Below are positions 44,054 to 56,788 of a DNA stretch of 64,000 bases, in pieces. The notes below the pieces were generated by a model. It worked only from the letters and a program-made list of their open reading frames with translations. It made no database searches and was not told the origin of the DNA. This stretch comes from Chrysomallon squamiferum (lineage: Eukaryota; Animalia; Mollusca), in contig CM022678.1 of assembly GCA_012295275.1 (NCBI GenBank), positions 13,206,001-13,270,000 of the forward strand. Direction: 5' to 3'. Position 1 is the stretch's first letter; every line of letters begins with the position of its first letter. The position numbers and the translations under genes are program-made.

Positions 44054-45823
44054 TTCCCATTTGGTAGAATTCTCAGGTCGTATAATTCCCATTTCGTAGA
44101 AAAAGCGGGTCTATCACAATACCTGATTACCTCTGTATATAAAGAACTTGGCCTGTGCATACATCTGGTTTCTTTCTAACATTCAGAAGGGGAGCGTATT
44201 GTTCGTAATTCGATTATGTAATATCAACTGAAAGCAGAATAAGCGTTCACTGCTCATTTGTTGTAGATTTGTTACTTTTTCATCATCTTCCTCTTCCTCA
44301 TTATCATCATCATCAACATTATTATTATTATAATATTATTACTATTATTATTGTTGTTGTTATTATTATTCGTATTCTTCTTATTATTCTTATTATAATT
44401 ACTGTTCCTATTATTATTTTTTATTTTTTATTTTTTTTTTTTTTTTAAACTGGTCATTTCTAATTCATAAACATTTCCTTTCCGTTACAAAACAAGCAAC
44501 CAATAATAAACAATTTTACATCAATTTCATCTATCTATTAAAAAACAAAACGAAAAAAGAATGAAAGAAAAGAAAAATGGCTTGCTTCTGTAAGAGAATA
44601 TGACAAAAATATTATAAATAACTAATTCAGCAATATAATTTTTAATAAAACATATTTTACATACGAGTAATTTACTTATATTCAGTAAATAGAATATTTG
44701 AACATTACATTTATCATTAACTTTTCGAATTCAACCATATTCAGCTTAAACGTACAAGATATCTGTTACTGATCATATTTACGTTATGCACACATACATA
44801 TTCAGATTATGCACATATTATACAATATATGTGACATAGTATATTAATAGGATGTACACTAAAGATATTATGACCTGCAAATACTTTGGCTATGACTGAA
44901 AAAGTTTATACGAAGGACCAAATCATTGGGAATACTTTTAGATAAATACCTTCTTTTTTAATTATTTACATTCACTATATTCGATACATAGATTATTTCG
45001 ATATTTGAAATATTTGCATATTTCATGCGATAAGCAATATCCATATACTACAATAATACCTCAGATTTAAGATGTTATTGGGTCCAAATTTCCGATAGTG
45101 AAGTGAGGTATCGTTAAGCAGGAGACTAATTTACACAGAATTAAGGTTAAAAGCAGTGGTTACTTTCTCGCTGATGAGATCTGACATAAAAAAAAAAGTG
45201 AAATAAGGAGAAATAAAACAGCAGTTTAGATATAAATCATTTAATAGATTGTAGCTATTTACAAATCAATTTATACAAATACATTAAGAAATAATTATAT
45301 GCGCTCATTGTGGGTTTGGTTTCATTTAAGATAATGTATTTTGTTTCTATAGTTATTGTCTTCCGTTTCTTTTTATCATCAGCATTTGCCTGTATACTGT
45401 TATTCGTTTTGAGATATTGGAAGGGTAAATTACAAACGAGTTTAGTCTAAATCGAAGCAGAAGACAAAAGAGAATCAGAATATCAGATGCACGTATGACA
45501 TGTCAACTGATCAACACAACTGAGAGAAGCTCGTGAATGAACTAAAAATTTAAGAAAACAGACTTTAAAATCATGCATTGTATACATTTGTATCATTTAT
45601 TTCAAGCAATTAACTATTAAATTAAATTTCTATTTATATAATTTGTAAAGAAGAAAGATTGTTAAAGCGGGATATCGTTAAGCGAGATGTTACTGTATTT
45701 GTACAATAATAATCACTTTCCAAATAATCTGGAGCAGTTCGTTATAATGACTGAGGTAAAACCAAGCATGTCAATAAGACCATTGAACCACATTTAGCCT
45801 TTCTACAAAATGGGAATTCTACC
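44054..45823. mobile_element. Possible non-autonomous DNA element bounded by inverted TTCCCATTT.GTAGAA motifs
   Basis: AATTCCCATTTCGTAGAAAAAGC (~44084) versus GCCTTTCTACAAAATGGGAATTCTACC (45797-45823). No TSD established. Confidence 0.45.
45051..45695. mobile_element. Degenerate pogo/Tigger-like MITE
   Basis: Right end ...TATCGTTAAGCGAGATGTTACTG|TA and left end TA|CAATAATACCTCAG. Sub-terminal TATCGTTAAGC repeated at ~45110 and ~45673. Confidence 0.45.
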
Positions 45824-46186
45824 AGAAAAAAAAAAAAAACATATACCATAATCTTAGATATATCATACATGGATCATCAGCTAGATTCTCAAATAACCTT
45901 ATTAGTCCTCCATGCAAAAGATTGCACTCAACTACGTTCATTTAAAGATCCTTTAATATTAACTTTCTTTATTGGTATATGAAATACTGACCAGTATAGA
46001 AGGATCTATTAAAGCCTGATATCATCCATTTAAGTAATAATAATATATTTACAAAGGTCTGAACACTAAAACTGGATATTACAAATCCCAATTCTTCCAG
46101 GAAATATATTCATAAATTCGTATAATAAAAAGATTTAATACAATTTAGGACTTGCAAAGTAAATTAAGAACTCTCACAAAACTTAC

Positions 46187-46425
46187 TTTCTGCTTCCTGA
46201 TCATTCAGCAGCTGTCCTGTCTCTGTCAGTTTTATCATTTCAAACCAGAAGAACAGCTCTGCAAGAAAGGCTAAGAGGTTTTCTCGTACACTGTCTCGTG
46301 TGTACAGGAGATCCTCGTAGGTGAAATGGAAGAAGTTGATGGAAGATGCTGTTCACAGAATGTTTTGATGAGACGTAGATTATACAAAGAATTAGCTATT
46401 CCAAACCCATCTTTCAAACATATAT
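46187..46425 (-). pseudogene. CAMSAP: CAMSAP CH-domain exon (DICLKDGFGIANSLYNLRLIKTFCEQHLP/NFFHFTYEDLLYTRDSVRENLLAFLAELFFWFE)
   Basis: Strong match to CAMSAP2 DICLKETMSLADSLYNLQLIQEFC...HFTLEDMLY...FMAELFWWFE. There is a 1-nt frameshift at ~46339, the acceptor reads TG instead of AG, and the donor is GTAAGT. Confidence 0.9.
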
Positions 46426-46731
46426 CAGAAGAAAAAATAAATACTAGTGAGGCAACTAATATTTAAAATTACAAGAAAAAGGTTAATGAGAAGGATAAGG
46501 AAATCACCAGAGAAAGAGAGAGAGAAAAGGAAAACCAAAAAAAAACAACTACAAAAACATTGTATTAAAATTTTAAAATATGAATTTGTTGATTAAGAAA
46601 AATATTTAAAAAATAAAATAAATAACAACACACCTCTCTTCATAAAGATTCATAAATTTAATAAATGTTGAATTTCAAAGTTACAATCTGATTCATTATT
46701 TTATTTATAAAAATTGTGTTATGAAACAAAC

Positions 46732-46875
46732 CATGAAACTTGAGGGAGTGTGGACAATAGAAACTGCAGACAATAGAAACTACAGAAACAGCTACTGTAC
46801 ATCCATCTCCTATGTCTTTTAGTATGTCTGTCATCACAGGAACACTGTCACATGTGAAGGGCTGGCTGTTCCAGT
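46732..46875 (-). pseudogene. CAMSAP: CAMSAP CH-domain exon (WNSQPFTCDSVPVMTDILKDIGDGCTVAVSVVSIVCSFYCPHSLKFHD)
   Basis: Matches CAMSAP motif P..enLlKD..DGcalaal.hFYCP..v.leD. AG/GT boundaries. Contains an internal 16-bp tandem duplication. Confidence 0.85.
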
Positions 46876-46984
46876 CTAGTAAAAAGAATGTTTAACATTT
46901 TAAAATACTCATAAAATATAATGCTTCTACTTTTATTTTAAAATATAGAAATTTACAACAAAATAAACACGTCTATACGAATGA

Positions 46985-47057
<73 letters not shown>

Positions 47058-47618
47058 ATGTACATGATATATAATTTATGTGTTTTAATGTGAATGTGCA
47101 TGTGTGTGTGTGTGTTTTAAATATTAATTTATGAAATAATTTTATTAATATTTTACAGTGTCTACATATGAAACAACCTGGTCATATTTTTAACTTTTTA
47201 TTCATCTTTACTTGTTTTTAATATTAACATAGAGCTATACAGGTATTAAATAATATGAAAGCGTTTTGGGCCCCACCCATTATAACCTTTAATATGTTTA
47301 AAAAATAATTTAAATATGTTTAATAATGTATAGAGCAAGTCAGCAATTTAACATAATTCTTTAAATAAAGAAAATCATAAATAAACTGACAGAAAACAAC
47401 CTGTCAAACAAAATTAGTATATTTTCTTTTAATAGTTTTATTAGTTTATTTCAAAAAATAAAAATTAAATAAACAAATAAATTAATTAATTAATTAATAA
47501 ATAAATTATTGTTCCGAAATAAGATGGTTGCCATCACGTGGCTATGACATCTAAATTATAATTAAATAAAAAATACATATAATTAAATAAAAATACATAT
47601 AATAATAAATAGTAATAC

Positions 47619-47769
47619 CTATCTCGTGCACAAAATGAAATGCCTTAAACTTTTTTTTGTTGGATGATAATGCGATTACTCCATTCTGTAGATGATTCAT
47701 CGAACACGAAATAAAACAGCAAATCAGTAAAGACCGACAATCATCCCGCATTTATCCGCAAACACAATA
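47619..47769 (-). pseudogene. Degenerate candidate exon, possibly second galectin-CRD exon
   Basis: TTTTTAG acceptor and AG|GTATTA donor. One frame gives RINAG*..DLLFYFVFDE..NRIIIQQKK, weakly like galectin iN...di.fhf..rFde..ivcNsk, but with stops. Confidence 0.3.
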
Positions 47770-48208
47770 CTAAAAAAAAATAATAATAATTAAAAAAATA
47801 AATAAAATAAAATAAAATAAAATATATAAATTTCAAAACAAATAAAATAAATAAAGGAACATAACAACTTATTAAAATATACGTACTAATTATAAATCGA
47901 TGAATTGTTGTTTTTTTCTGTTTTTTTATCTTATTATTAGCCAATCATTGACCATAAATTTCAACTAAACGGTGTTGTTATTTCCCCCTTCATTTTCTTT
48001 CTTCTTATTATTTATTTATTTATGTTTATGCACCAAATAAAATCACAAAGCTTAGAACTCACACTACAATAAGTTGCTTAGTATTGTCCAAGAATTTACC
48101 AGCATTTCATATAGGTCTGAAAACATGGTCTGAAACAAAATAAAAATAAAAATGTACAACTATGACGAGAGGTGGAAATAAATAATCATTTTCCTTTGTT
48201 TTATCTGC

Positions 48209-48252
<44 letters not shown>

Positions 48253-48386
48253 ACTTTTTAAAAGTACACATTTTATATATTTTCAGGATGCAGACAAAAC
48301 TGAAATACCACAATGAATTTTCTTCCCGTATAATTTTGACTGATTCTCACAGCATGTTTATCTCTCAGGGTCATAAGTAATCTTAC

Positions 48387-48481
48387 CTTGAAGACGGAGT
48401 TGCCTTTAATATCATCACCCAACCGTCACTGACAGACTCTGATAAAAATACAGAGGACATACTTCCCTGGAAGAAGTTTAC
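48387..48481 (-). CDS. Galectin-like CRD N-terminal exon (VNFFQGSMSSVFLSESVSDGWVMILKATPSS)
   Basis: CAG acceptor and AG|GTAAGA donor. In phase with the Sushi exon. The pattern L...v..G..i.i...P... followed by a phase-2 intron is typical of galectin CRD first exons. Confidence 0.5.
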
Positions 48482-48747
48482 CTGTTTATTTAAAACTAGA
48501 GTACAATGTTTACTTGTGTATTTAAAATTAGAACAGTGTTTACCTGTTTATTTAAAATTAGAGTACAATGTTTACTTGTATATTTAAAACTAGAGTACAG
48601 TGTTTATTTGTATATTTAAAACTAGAGTACAATGTTTACTTGTTTATTTAAAACTAGAGTACAATGTTTACTTGTATATTTAAAACTAGAACAGTGTTTA
48701 CCTGTATATTTAAAATTAGAACAGTGTTCACTTGTATATTAAAAATT
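48476..48747. repeat. Intronic minisatellite, ~30-32 bp unit (TGTTTACTTGTATATTTAAAACTAGAGTACAA), ~9 copies
   Basis: Directly visible; fills almost the entire intron between the Sushi and galectin-like exons. Confidence 0.92.
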
Positions 48748-48754
48748 AGCATAC

Positions 48755-48952
48755 CACTTCATCTTCCCATTCGACCTGTTTACACGCTTCACCAACTGAT
48801 GACCACTGTCCAGTCTGCTGACAAGTTATCTCGCTGTCAGTGCCAAATAAACGATATAACTGACTGCAGGTCAGTGCCGCAGTTCTGTGAGATGTAGAGA
48901 ACAACACTACACCATTGTCATCCTCACTTGTTGGTCGTCTACATGAGAGATA
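48755..48952 (-). CDS. Sushi/CCP (SCR) domain exon (CRRPTSEDDNGVVLFSTSHRTAALTCSQLYRLFGTDSEITCQQTGQWSSVGEACKQVEWEDEV)
   Basis: Four Cys with C..P...NG / C...Y.L.G / I.C...G.WS....C spacing. Open frame, donor GTATGC. The acceptor upstream of the first Cys appears mutated (TTTTCG). Confidence 0.8.
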
Positions 48953-49035
48953 CGAAAAGAAAATTCAAGTTATTATTTTCCTATTCCATGAAATGTTATA
49001 TTCTGAAATAGAAACTGTTTGAATTGAAGTCCGAG

Positions 49036-49039
<4 letters not shown>

Positions 49040-49123
<84 letters not shown>
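49040..49123. repeat. (GA)n microsatellite
   Basis: Directly visible. Confidence 0.95.
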
Positions 49124-49128
<5 letters not shown>

Positions 49129-49548
49129 GCTTCACAATCACTCAAACTGTTTTGCAGACAATCGATTTTCTTCTGTATCATTAACATTCTGAAATTATAC
49201 TAGTAAAGTTCAACCCTGAAAACAAAATACATGAAATTCCAAAAACAAAATTAACTTGGTCGTTTAATAAAATCAGACTTAGAAATTGCTGTATGCTGTG
49301 CAGAAGAATTTTACAACAACTTAAAAACAACGTGTTTAGCAGTCTGATAAAAACTAGAAACGGATTTTAGTAGTTGATACGTTTATATTTATCAAATTTA
49401 TCATCAGCACGACACTATTAGACCAAATAATCTAGTCTACAAAGTGATGAGGGAATTTTAGAGATTTGTCAGAGGAAAATAAATTATAACCTCCCACCCA
49501 GTTGATTATTGTGAAAGATTTCACTCAAGACACGTTTATTTATATATT

Positions 49549-49604
<56 letters not shown>

Positions 49605-51315
49605 TGATTAATATTCATGTTTTAAATCACTCAGCCGGAGAAAAGCTTCTCTGTCTAAATATGAAGACAACAAAACGAGGTGAGTGTTTCCTTAACGAGA
49701 AACTTTCGACCCTGAAAACTGAACAGAATGCAGGAAAAAAACAATAAGAACACAAATCTTAGGACTTTTCTTCAACAGACTAGACAAACAATTTTCAAAA
49801 GCTGTCATAGTTTAATTAAAAAGCTGAAAATAAATAAATATGGTTAAATTATTCAAATATTTAGTTACAGGAATATTTAAAACGTCCATAATCGAAAAAC
49901 ATTGGTGAATTTACCGACAAGTATAAAAAGCAAAAGTCAGCTAACTCTGTGAAGTCAGAAGGCGTGCCCGTCGTAGACGTGCTTCACAACAGCTTGCTCT
50001 GATTAGAACGTTAATGTTTTTCCTATCCTATCCTAACTCTGTGTGATAATCAGTTGAAATACCAGTGCCTGTACTGTACTGATGTTAATTTTCAATATCT
50101 CGCAAACCAACTAATAAAACAGTGAGTGCGTGCGTGACTGTGTGAGTGTTAGAATTGCAAGGTGAGTTGTGAGTTTTGCTGATTAATAATTGTTGTTTTT
50201 ATATTTAAGTTATAATTATCTGATTTAATAAAATATGTAAAAACTGTTTATTTAACTCAATAAATATTTTAATAAAATAAAACGATGTGTCATTTTTGTT
50301 TCAGCTGCGTAATTAATATAGTTGGTGAATAATACAGAACACTAAATAATATAACAACATCATCGTATTAAAATCTACTTCATCTTAAAGAAAAGTATGC
50401 AACAAACACTTCGTTTATTTTACACACGCGAAAATCATAATTAGTGTAAGATGAACAGTTTGAGTTCTGACCGGTGACCTGGCAACAAAATTAGTTTGAA
50501 GACAAAAATAATTAATCAGAAACCATGTGGAAGTCAAACTGTTTTTAATTTTTATTTGCCTATCTAAAAACAACACAAACACACACACACACAACACACA
50601 CAAGTACACACACACAAATTCACACACACACATCAGGTGCACAAAGACTGAGGTTTATTTAACTACATTATACTGAGACGTGTGGAAAGCGCTCCGCCGA
50701 AAAGATGATATTTTATGAGCAACACAACAGATTTTACTGCTAACAAGATGTGCGGCGATGTTGTCAGCCATTTGTATTGATAAGAGAAGAGCAGTGTACA
50801 GAGATTTAACACACAAAGCTTATTTCATAATATGCTTTGCAAATATCGAGTACTCTGGTAGTGGAAAATCGGTGTGATCTTCGTGACTCGGGAGTGTACG
50901 GCTAACGAGTGGACAGACAGAAAAACAGGATGCGGTGACGGCTCTCGCATTAATATTCAGTTACCACTGATTTTTTTTTTTTTTTTTAAGACGAAATATT
51001 TCTCTTTCCCATGTTATCTTTTAGAAAGGGATACGTTGCTCGGAAATAGTCAAGAGACTTTACACAGTCTCTGCCTCTAGGCTTTCAAACAGTTTTGGGT
51101 AGGAAAAGTTTTTATCTTGTATATTCAAATTAAGTATGAACTTTCGTATGGTTGAAACTGTTGCCATGAGCGTGAAAAATAATGTATGAACGATTTCTGA
51201 GAACCATATAATCATATGGCGTCGACTGCTACCACAACGTATTTCCGATTAATTCCAATTAAACCTTTATTTCACAATATCAGGTAACACAAAAAAAAAA
51301 AAAAAATATTATTGG

Positions 51316-51346
<31 letters not shown>

Positions 51347-54300
51347 ATAGAATTTAAGCGTTCAAACTCGAAAAAAGAAAGAAAAAAAAGGTCCCTACTA
51401 AAATAATGTCGGGGAAATTGGGCTGGTTGGTTCTGAATCTTACTATAATTTGTCGAATCGTAAACAAACATCACCAGACCAACTCTAAAAACGAGAAGAC
51501 ATGGCATTGTTAGACTTGTTCAACAGACCTGGACTTACAATATGTGTAAGGATTGGCTGATGACAGGACATCTACTTCTGACACAAAGCATCTTTGGAAA
51601 GTTTTGGAAAGTTTTGGAATTCGTTGCAGTGTTTTCCAAGACCTTAAAAGAATTGGAAAATCAGGTTTTGTAAACTTGGCTAAGGAAAAGTTATTGAAAA
51701 TTATGTCCTTGCCACAATTAAAATGTCTGAAAAACTGATTCGTTTCACCAATATTGAGCCCCAAACCAAAGCCCCATTTTAGTTAAAAAATAAAAAAAAT
51801 AAAAATAAAAATAAGTTGATAAAAATAATCAATACGTGTTACATTACTTTGCTGGCTTAGAAAACTTTACGCTGACTAATAATAAAAATTTAGGAAGGAT
51901 TATTGCACAAAAGCATTCAAGTTATACGGATTTTAGAATATGTGTGTGTGTGTGCGTATGTGTGTGTGTGTGTGTGTGTGTGTGTTACGTGCGCCAGGGT
52001 CAGAGGAGTATTCACTGTCTGCTGTAGTGAATTGAACATTCAAAAAATATTTCTATTTTCAGATCGTTGTACAGTATATACTGAAAAATGTATGTAAAGA
52101 AAATCGGCATTAAAAAAGGTTATTAAAATTAGCATTTAATAATAATAATAATAATAATAATTTAATAGTAAAAAAGAAAAAACTAAAATGAATAATAGCC
52201 CGATGACCATTAAATTATATATTATGTTTATTTACTGAAATGCAAAACATGATAAGTTTTTAGTAAAATATTACCAAGAACGGCAAATCACATTTTTAAA
52301 AAATTTGTTTGTTTCTTTTTTTTATTTTGTTATTTATTTATTTATTTATTTATTTTATTATTATTATTTATTTATGTATTTATTTATTTTTAGTTTGTTT
52401 AGGAAACTAAAAACAATTTTAAAAAAATTAAAAATACAAATATATATTTTTATTGTAGCGAAAGTGGGAACTTAAAACTGGTGACCGTTTTTACTGCGCC
52501 TGCAATGGATTACTTTAATGATAATAGAGGAGTATCAGACAAACGCATTTTTTTTTTAAAATGGCAGAAGTTACTGGAAATTACTGGGGAAAAAATAGCG
52601 TGTGTCTTGACAGCTCAGAACTCGATGAAATTATTATTTATTATTATTGTTATTGTTATTATTATTATTTTTTTTATAGCATTTTGTAAACAAGGCGATA
52701 AATGTGTTTTTCAACTATAGTAATAATTGGGAATTTATTGACCCATGTTCGATGTTGAACAATCAAGTGACCCGAGGAATTAAAAAAAATAAATAAATAA
52801 ATAAATAATAATAATAAATAGCGCGCACTGCTCTCCAACGCCAACAAACACAATAAATAAATAAATAAATAGATTTTTTTTTTTTTTTTCACTTCGGCTT
52901 AACTTTTTATAATAATCAAGGGTACAGCTCAATTGATATCACTGTTCTGAACTTTTGATTGGATTGTAGAAAAGCTTAACACACTGGGCCACTATTTGAT
53001 ACAGCTTTAAATGTAATTAGAAAAGGTGCTCTATTAAATCTCCATAGAGACCTGCCCATTGGCCTGGCCTGTGAGTTGTTTGTCACTGTTCATTTTCAAA
53101 GTGACAGTTGAACTGATAAGGCAGTTAAACCAGGTAGTCAGTTTTAACAAAAAAAATTATTAAAAACATTTTAAAAATTCGTTGAAAAATATGAAAACAT
53201 TCATAACTGTACTTAAGTATACTTTGCCATAAATTACAATTAATTAAATTTTGTACTTTGCTAATAATCATATTTTTATTTTGTACGAATAGGAATTCCT
53301 GAAAAATATATTTAATTCTTTTTAATTCAGAAAGCTTTTTTGGCATATTATATTGTTATTTTAGATCTTTTCCCTTTTCAGTATTAACTTCTTTTTTTTT
53401 CAATATTACAAGATGGACAGCAGTTTTTAATTTGGAAATCTTGTCTAAATTTCAAGAAATTGGCCATTTTGTATTTTGATATTTTATCTTCAGTTTTTCA
53501 GAATTTTAGTAGCAAACTAAGTAATTACTGAGTTTAGAAAAATTGACTGGTGAATGATGCTGTATCCTAAAATCTCAGTTCATTATCCTAAAGATTTTTA
53601 TAGTGTAATTATAATCTAGTTTTGGACTTAGTGGCATGTATAGGTGAAAGCATTTCAAGCTGTATTTATTTACTTCAAATAGACATTTTATAACTAATTG
53701 ATTTTGCATTTTTAGTCTTATTGCAGAAATAAAAAACAACTTCAGAGCAGCAAAATGAAGAAATGGCTCATGAAAGCTTCTGGATATGCAGATTTAATAC
53801 TGCACAGGCTCTGTGATGAGTAAATCATGTAATAACAAATGATTTCTATTTTGTATTACATTAATATCCAGCATATTTTTTTCAAGCTGAACAATATTAT
53901 AAAATATAATAAAATAAAATGAATAATTACTGGGTAATTGAATGAAGTCAGTAATATTTAAAAAACTATTTGTACCATGCAATTAATATTTTTATCATAT
54001 GTTTTAAAGATGGAGAAAATGCTTTTATTTATGTTTTAATTTTAGAATTATTTGTTTTAATTTCTTAATAATCAGTTAAACTTAAAATAAGAAATTTTTT
54101 TTTTTGCTAGTTATTTTATGGATTGAAGACAACAATTTGAAAGCCATCAACAAAAAGTAATGCATTTAGGCAAGAAATGAAATGTGGAAGAAAAAGGACA
54201 TTATCAAAACTTGTGACTTGAGATTCATTGATTCATTTCTGTAAGGTCTGTGTAAGTGAACAAATATATTTTTTTGTTAAAACATAATTTTATAATATTA

Positions 54301-54454
54301 GTATTGTTACATTAGTTATGATGTAGTAGGTTTACTTCTTGTTTTCTATTCTTTTGAGACCTCAGAATCCCACTTGAATTGTCTTAGATGAATATGTGGA
54401 GTCATGTTTTTAATTCTGTTCATTGTTTTTAATCTCTGGAAATCCTAAAAATAT

Positions 54455-54487
<33 letters not shown>

Positions 54488-56788
54488 ATGTGTTGGGTTC
54501 AGTTTATCATACATACAGTTAATTTTTTTTCACCAGTCCACTAGACACAAGAATATTTTTTCAACTGGATTTTCATTTTGGTTAATTTTACTATAGTGTA
54601 ATAATAATTACTGATCTAATGGAAGACTGTCAGTTAACGTACAGCTGAGAAGTTATTAAAAGTGAATTTGTAAATTGGAGGGTGTTCTCTTTTAAACATT
54701 TAGTGTTTTTTTAAAAACCACTTTTTGTTTTACCATTGTGGGAAAAATACTGTTTAAAGAGTATAGATCTTTTTAACTGGATAATATTTTATTTATTTAT
54801 TTTTATTGGACTGCAGCGGGTGTCTTATAACAAACATGTAGTAAGTATATTAACAACTCCCAATTTACACAAACACAAACACAGAATTAATATGAATTAA
54901 AATAGTTTTAAAATAATGGACTTCATAGCCATTGTCTTACACATTTGCTAATTATTGTATTAAAAGTTCACATACTTGTTATAAATGTTGTTTTAAATCA
55001 CAAATCTTATAACATTTTATTTATTTTTAGTTATACCTTTAAATCTATGATAATGTTTTAAATTATGTTTAAATTAAAATTAAAAATATTAATAAAAATG
55101 CTTAAAATTTATGCTGTTCCATATGGAAAACATTAGTACAAAAATACCTTTTCAGTTATAACATTTAATTCCTTTTTAAATGATTAACTTTGAATGATTC
55201 AAAAATAAAGATACTTTATTTCCAAAAACATAAATGGATATTATTTATTTTTATTTTTTTTAAATATCAAAAAAAAAAGTTCTCTTTTAATTTTAACTTT
55301 TTATTACCTGACAGTTCTTTGTGTTTGCTCACACTGTTTTTCTGATATGTCTGACAAGTCATTGTGTCAGAATGCAGACTGATCTAGGGGTTCCTTGCCC
55401 TGGATGATTGCCAGTGGCTGGTCAATTATTTGACCTTTAGCTTAAGTAATATTTTTGAGGGTCTTGCACAGGAATTTTATCTAGGAATGTTTTTATTATA
55501 AAGATCCTGAGATTGTTCAGTTATTGTGTTTGCTGATAAATGGTCAGTGTTGTAACCTGAATTATACATTGAATTACAACAGGTGTGTTTATTATTAGTT
55601 AACTGTTTGCTATTAGATGATGCAAGCCTATTTCAGTGGAGGTTAAGTTGATTTATTATAAATATAAAAATGAACTTTTCACAGGATTTATACTTGGTAA
55701 TAGACAGAGATGGGACAAACAGTTTCAGAATTTTATAAAAGTTTATATTGATCAACAGCCCATTTCTAATGCTGCCTCAAACAGATAAAATAATTTATGT
55801 CCAGTTTCAAAATATTTATTTTATTCAGTTGAACCATGTTGGATCATCGTCCAGATATTTCATGTTGTCTGTGGGATTTTGTTCATATCAATCTGCCATA
55901 CAAACAACATTTAAATGTAAAAAATAAAAAATAAATAAAAAAAATAAAAATAAATAAATGATATATTTAAAGAAATAAAACATTTCACCATTAGCTCAGA
56001 GATAATAATAATATGGAGATTTTCAGAATTATATAGAAGTCTTAAAAAAAAGCAACTTTGAATGAAATTAATGTTTTCTTGTTTGACGATGAAGCTGTTT
56101 GGTAGTTTTATTTTTACCAGTTAACAGCAAATGATGTTTTACATGCATCACACAGGAGTGATGTGTGATCAGTCTAGTTTCTCTCATTTCCTATTTCTAA
56201 TTTCTCTGTGAATACTGATGATTTTTTATTTTATATTTTAAATATTTTAAATGTTATTTTATTTAATTTTATTTTATTTTTTCTCCTTTTTTCAAAACAT
56301 TATTTTATTTTATTTTATTTTATTTTTTAACATTTTTTGAAAAACATTATTTTATTTGTTAATTTAATTTAATCAGAAATTTATCTGTCTATTTTAATTT
56401 GTTTGGGATTTCTTATAATTTTTCCCAGAAAATCATTTACTTGATTAAGATTTAATAATCCAAATTTGATGTAAATATTCAGATATCTTCATCATTTGTC
56501 TGGCATGTTTGTAGAATAAATTCTGATATCTTCATGTTGGTACATTTGATGAATATTCAAAATATCTTCATGTTTTATGTCAGATTTGTAGAATAATTCA
56601 GATACATTTGTGTTTGTAGAGCAGATTTCTAGAATATTTTTTAATCATAAAGATTATAGTTAAAGTAATAAAATATCTGATATGAGAGATATCTACTAGG
56701 TTTCAGAATTTCTAGCACCAAACATCAGAAATAACCAGTTTAATTACTGCAAAACATTGGTCATAGTCAAACACAGGAATAACCAATA

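Larger units (their letters stand above)
30065..46875 (-). pseudogene. CAMSAP: Truncated, disabled CAMSAP/Patronin-like gene (CH domain plus short tail)
   Basis: Exons at 46875-46732, 46425-46187, 34907-34744, 30568-30515 and 30083-30065. The first two are clearly CAMSAP CH domain. The last three are phase-compatible with each other, but their link to the CH exons is inferred. Confidence 0.6.

Noticed and set aside
51480-51760. Tc1/mariner transposase C-terminal remnant (KTLKELENQV..W)
   Set aside because: Only a vague resemblance; no DDE motif or TIR could be established.
53727-54240. Two-exon coding gene or Harbinger-type remnant (MKKWLMKASGY..., GRKRTLSK)
   Set aside because: The spliced frame stops within a few codons, and the similarity is too short to assign.
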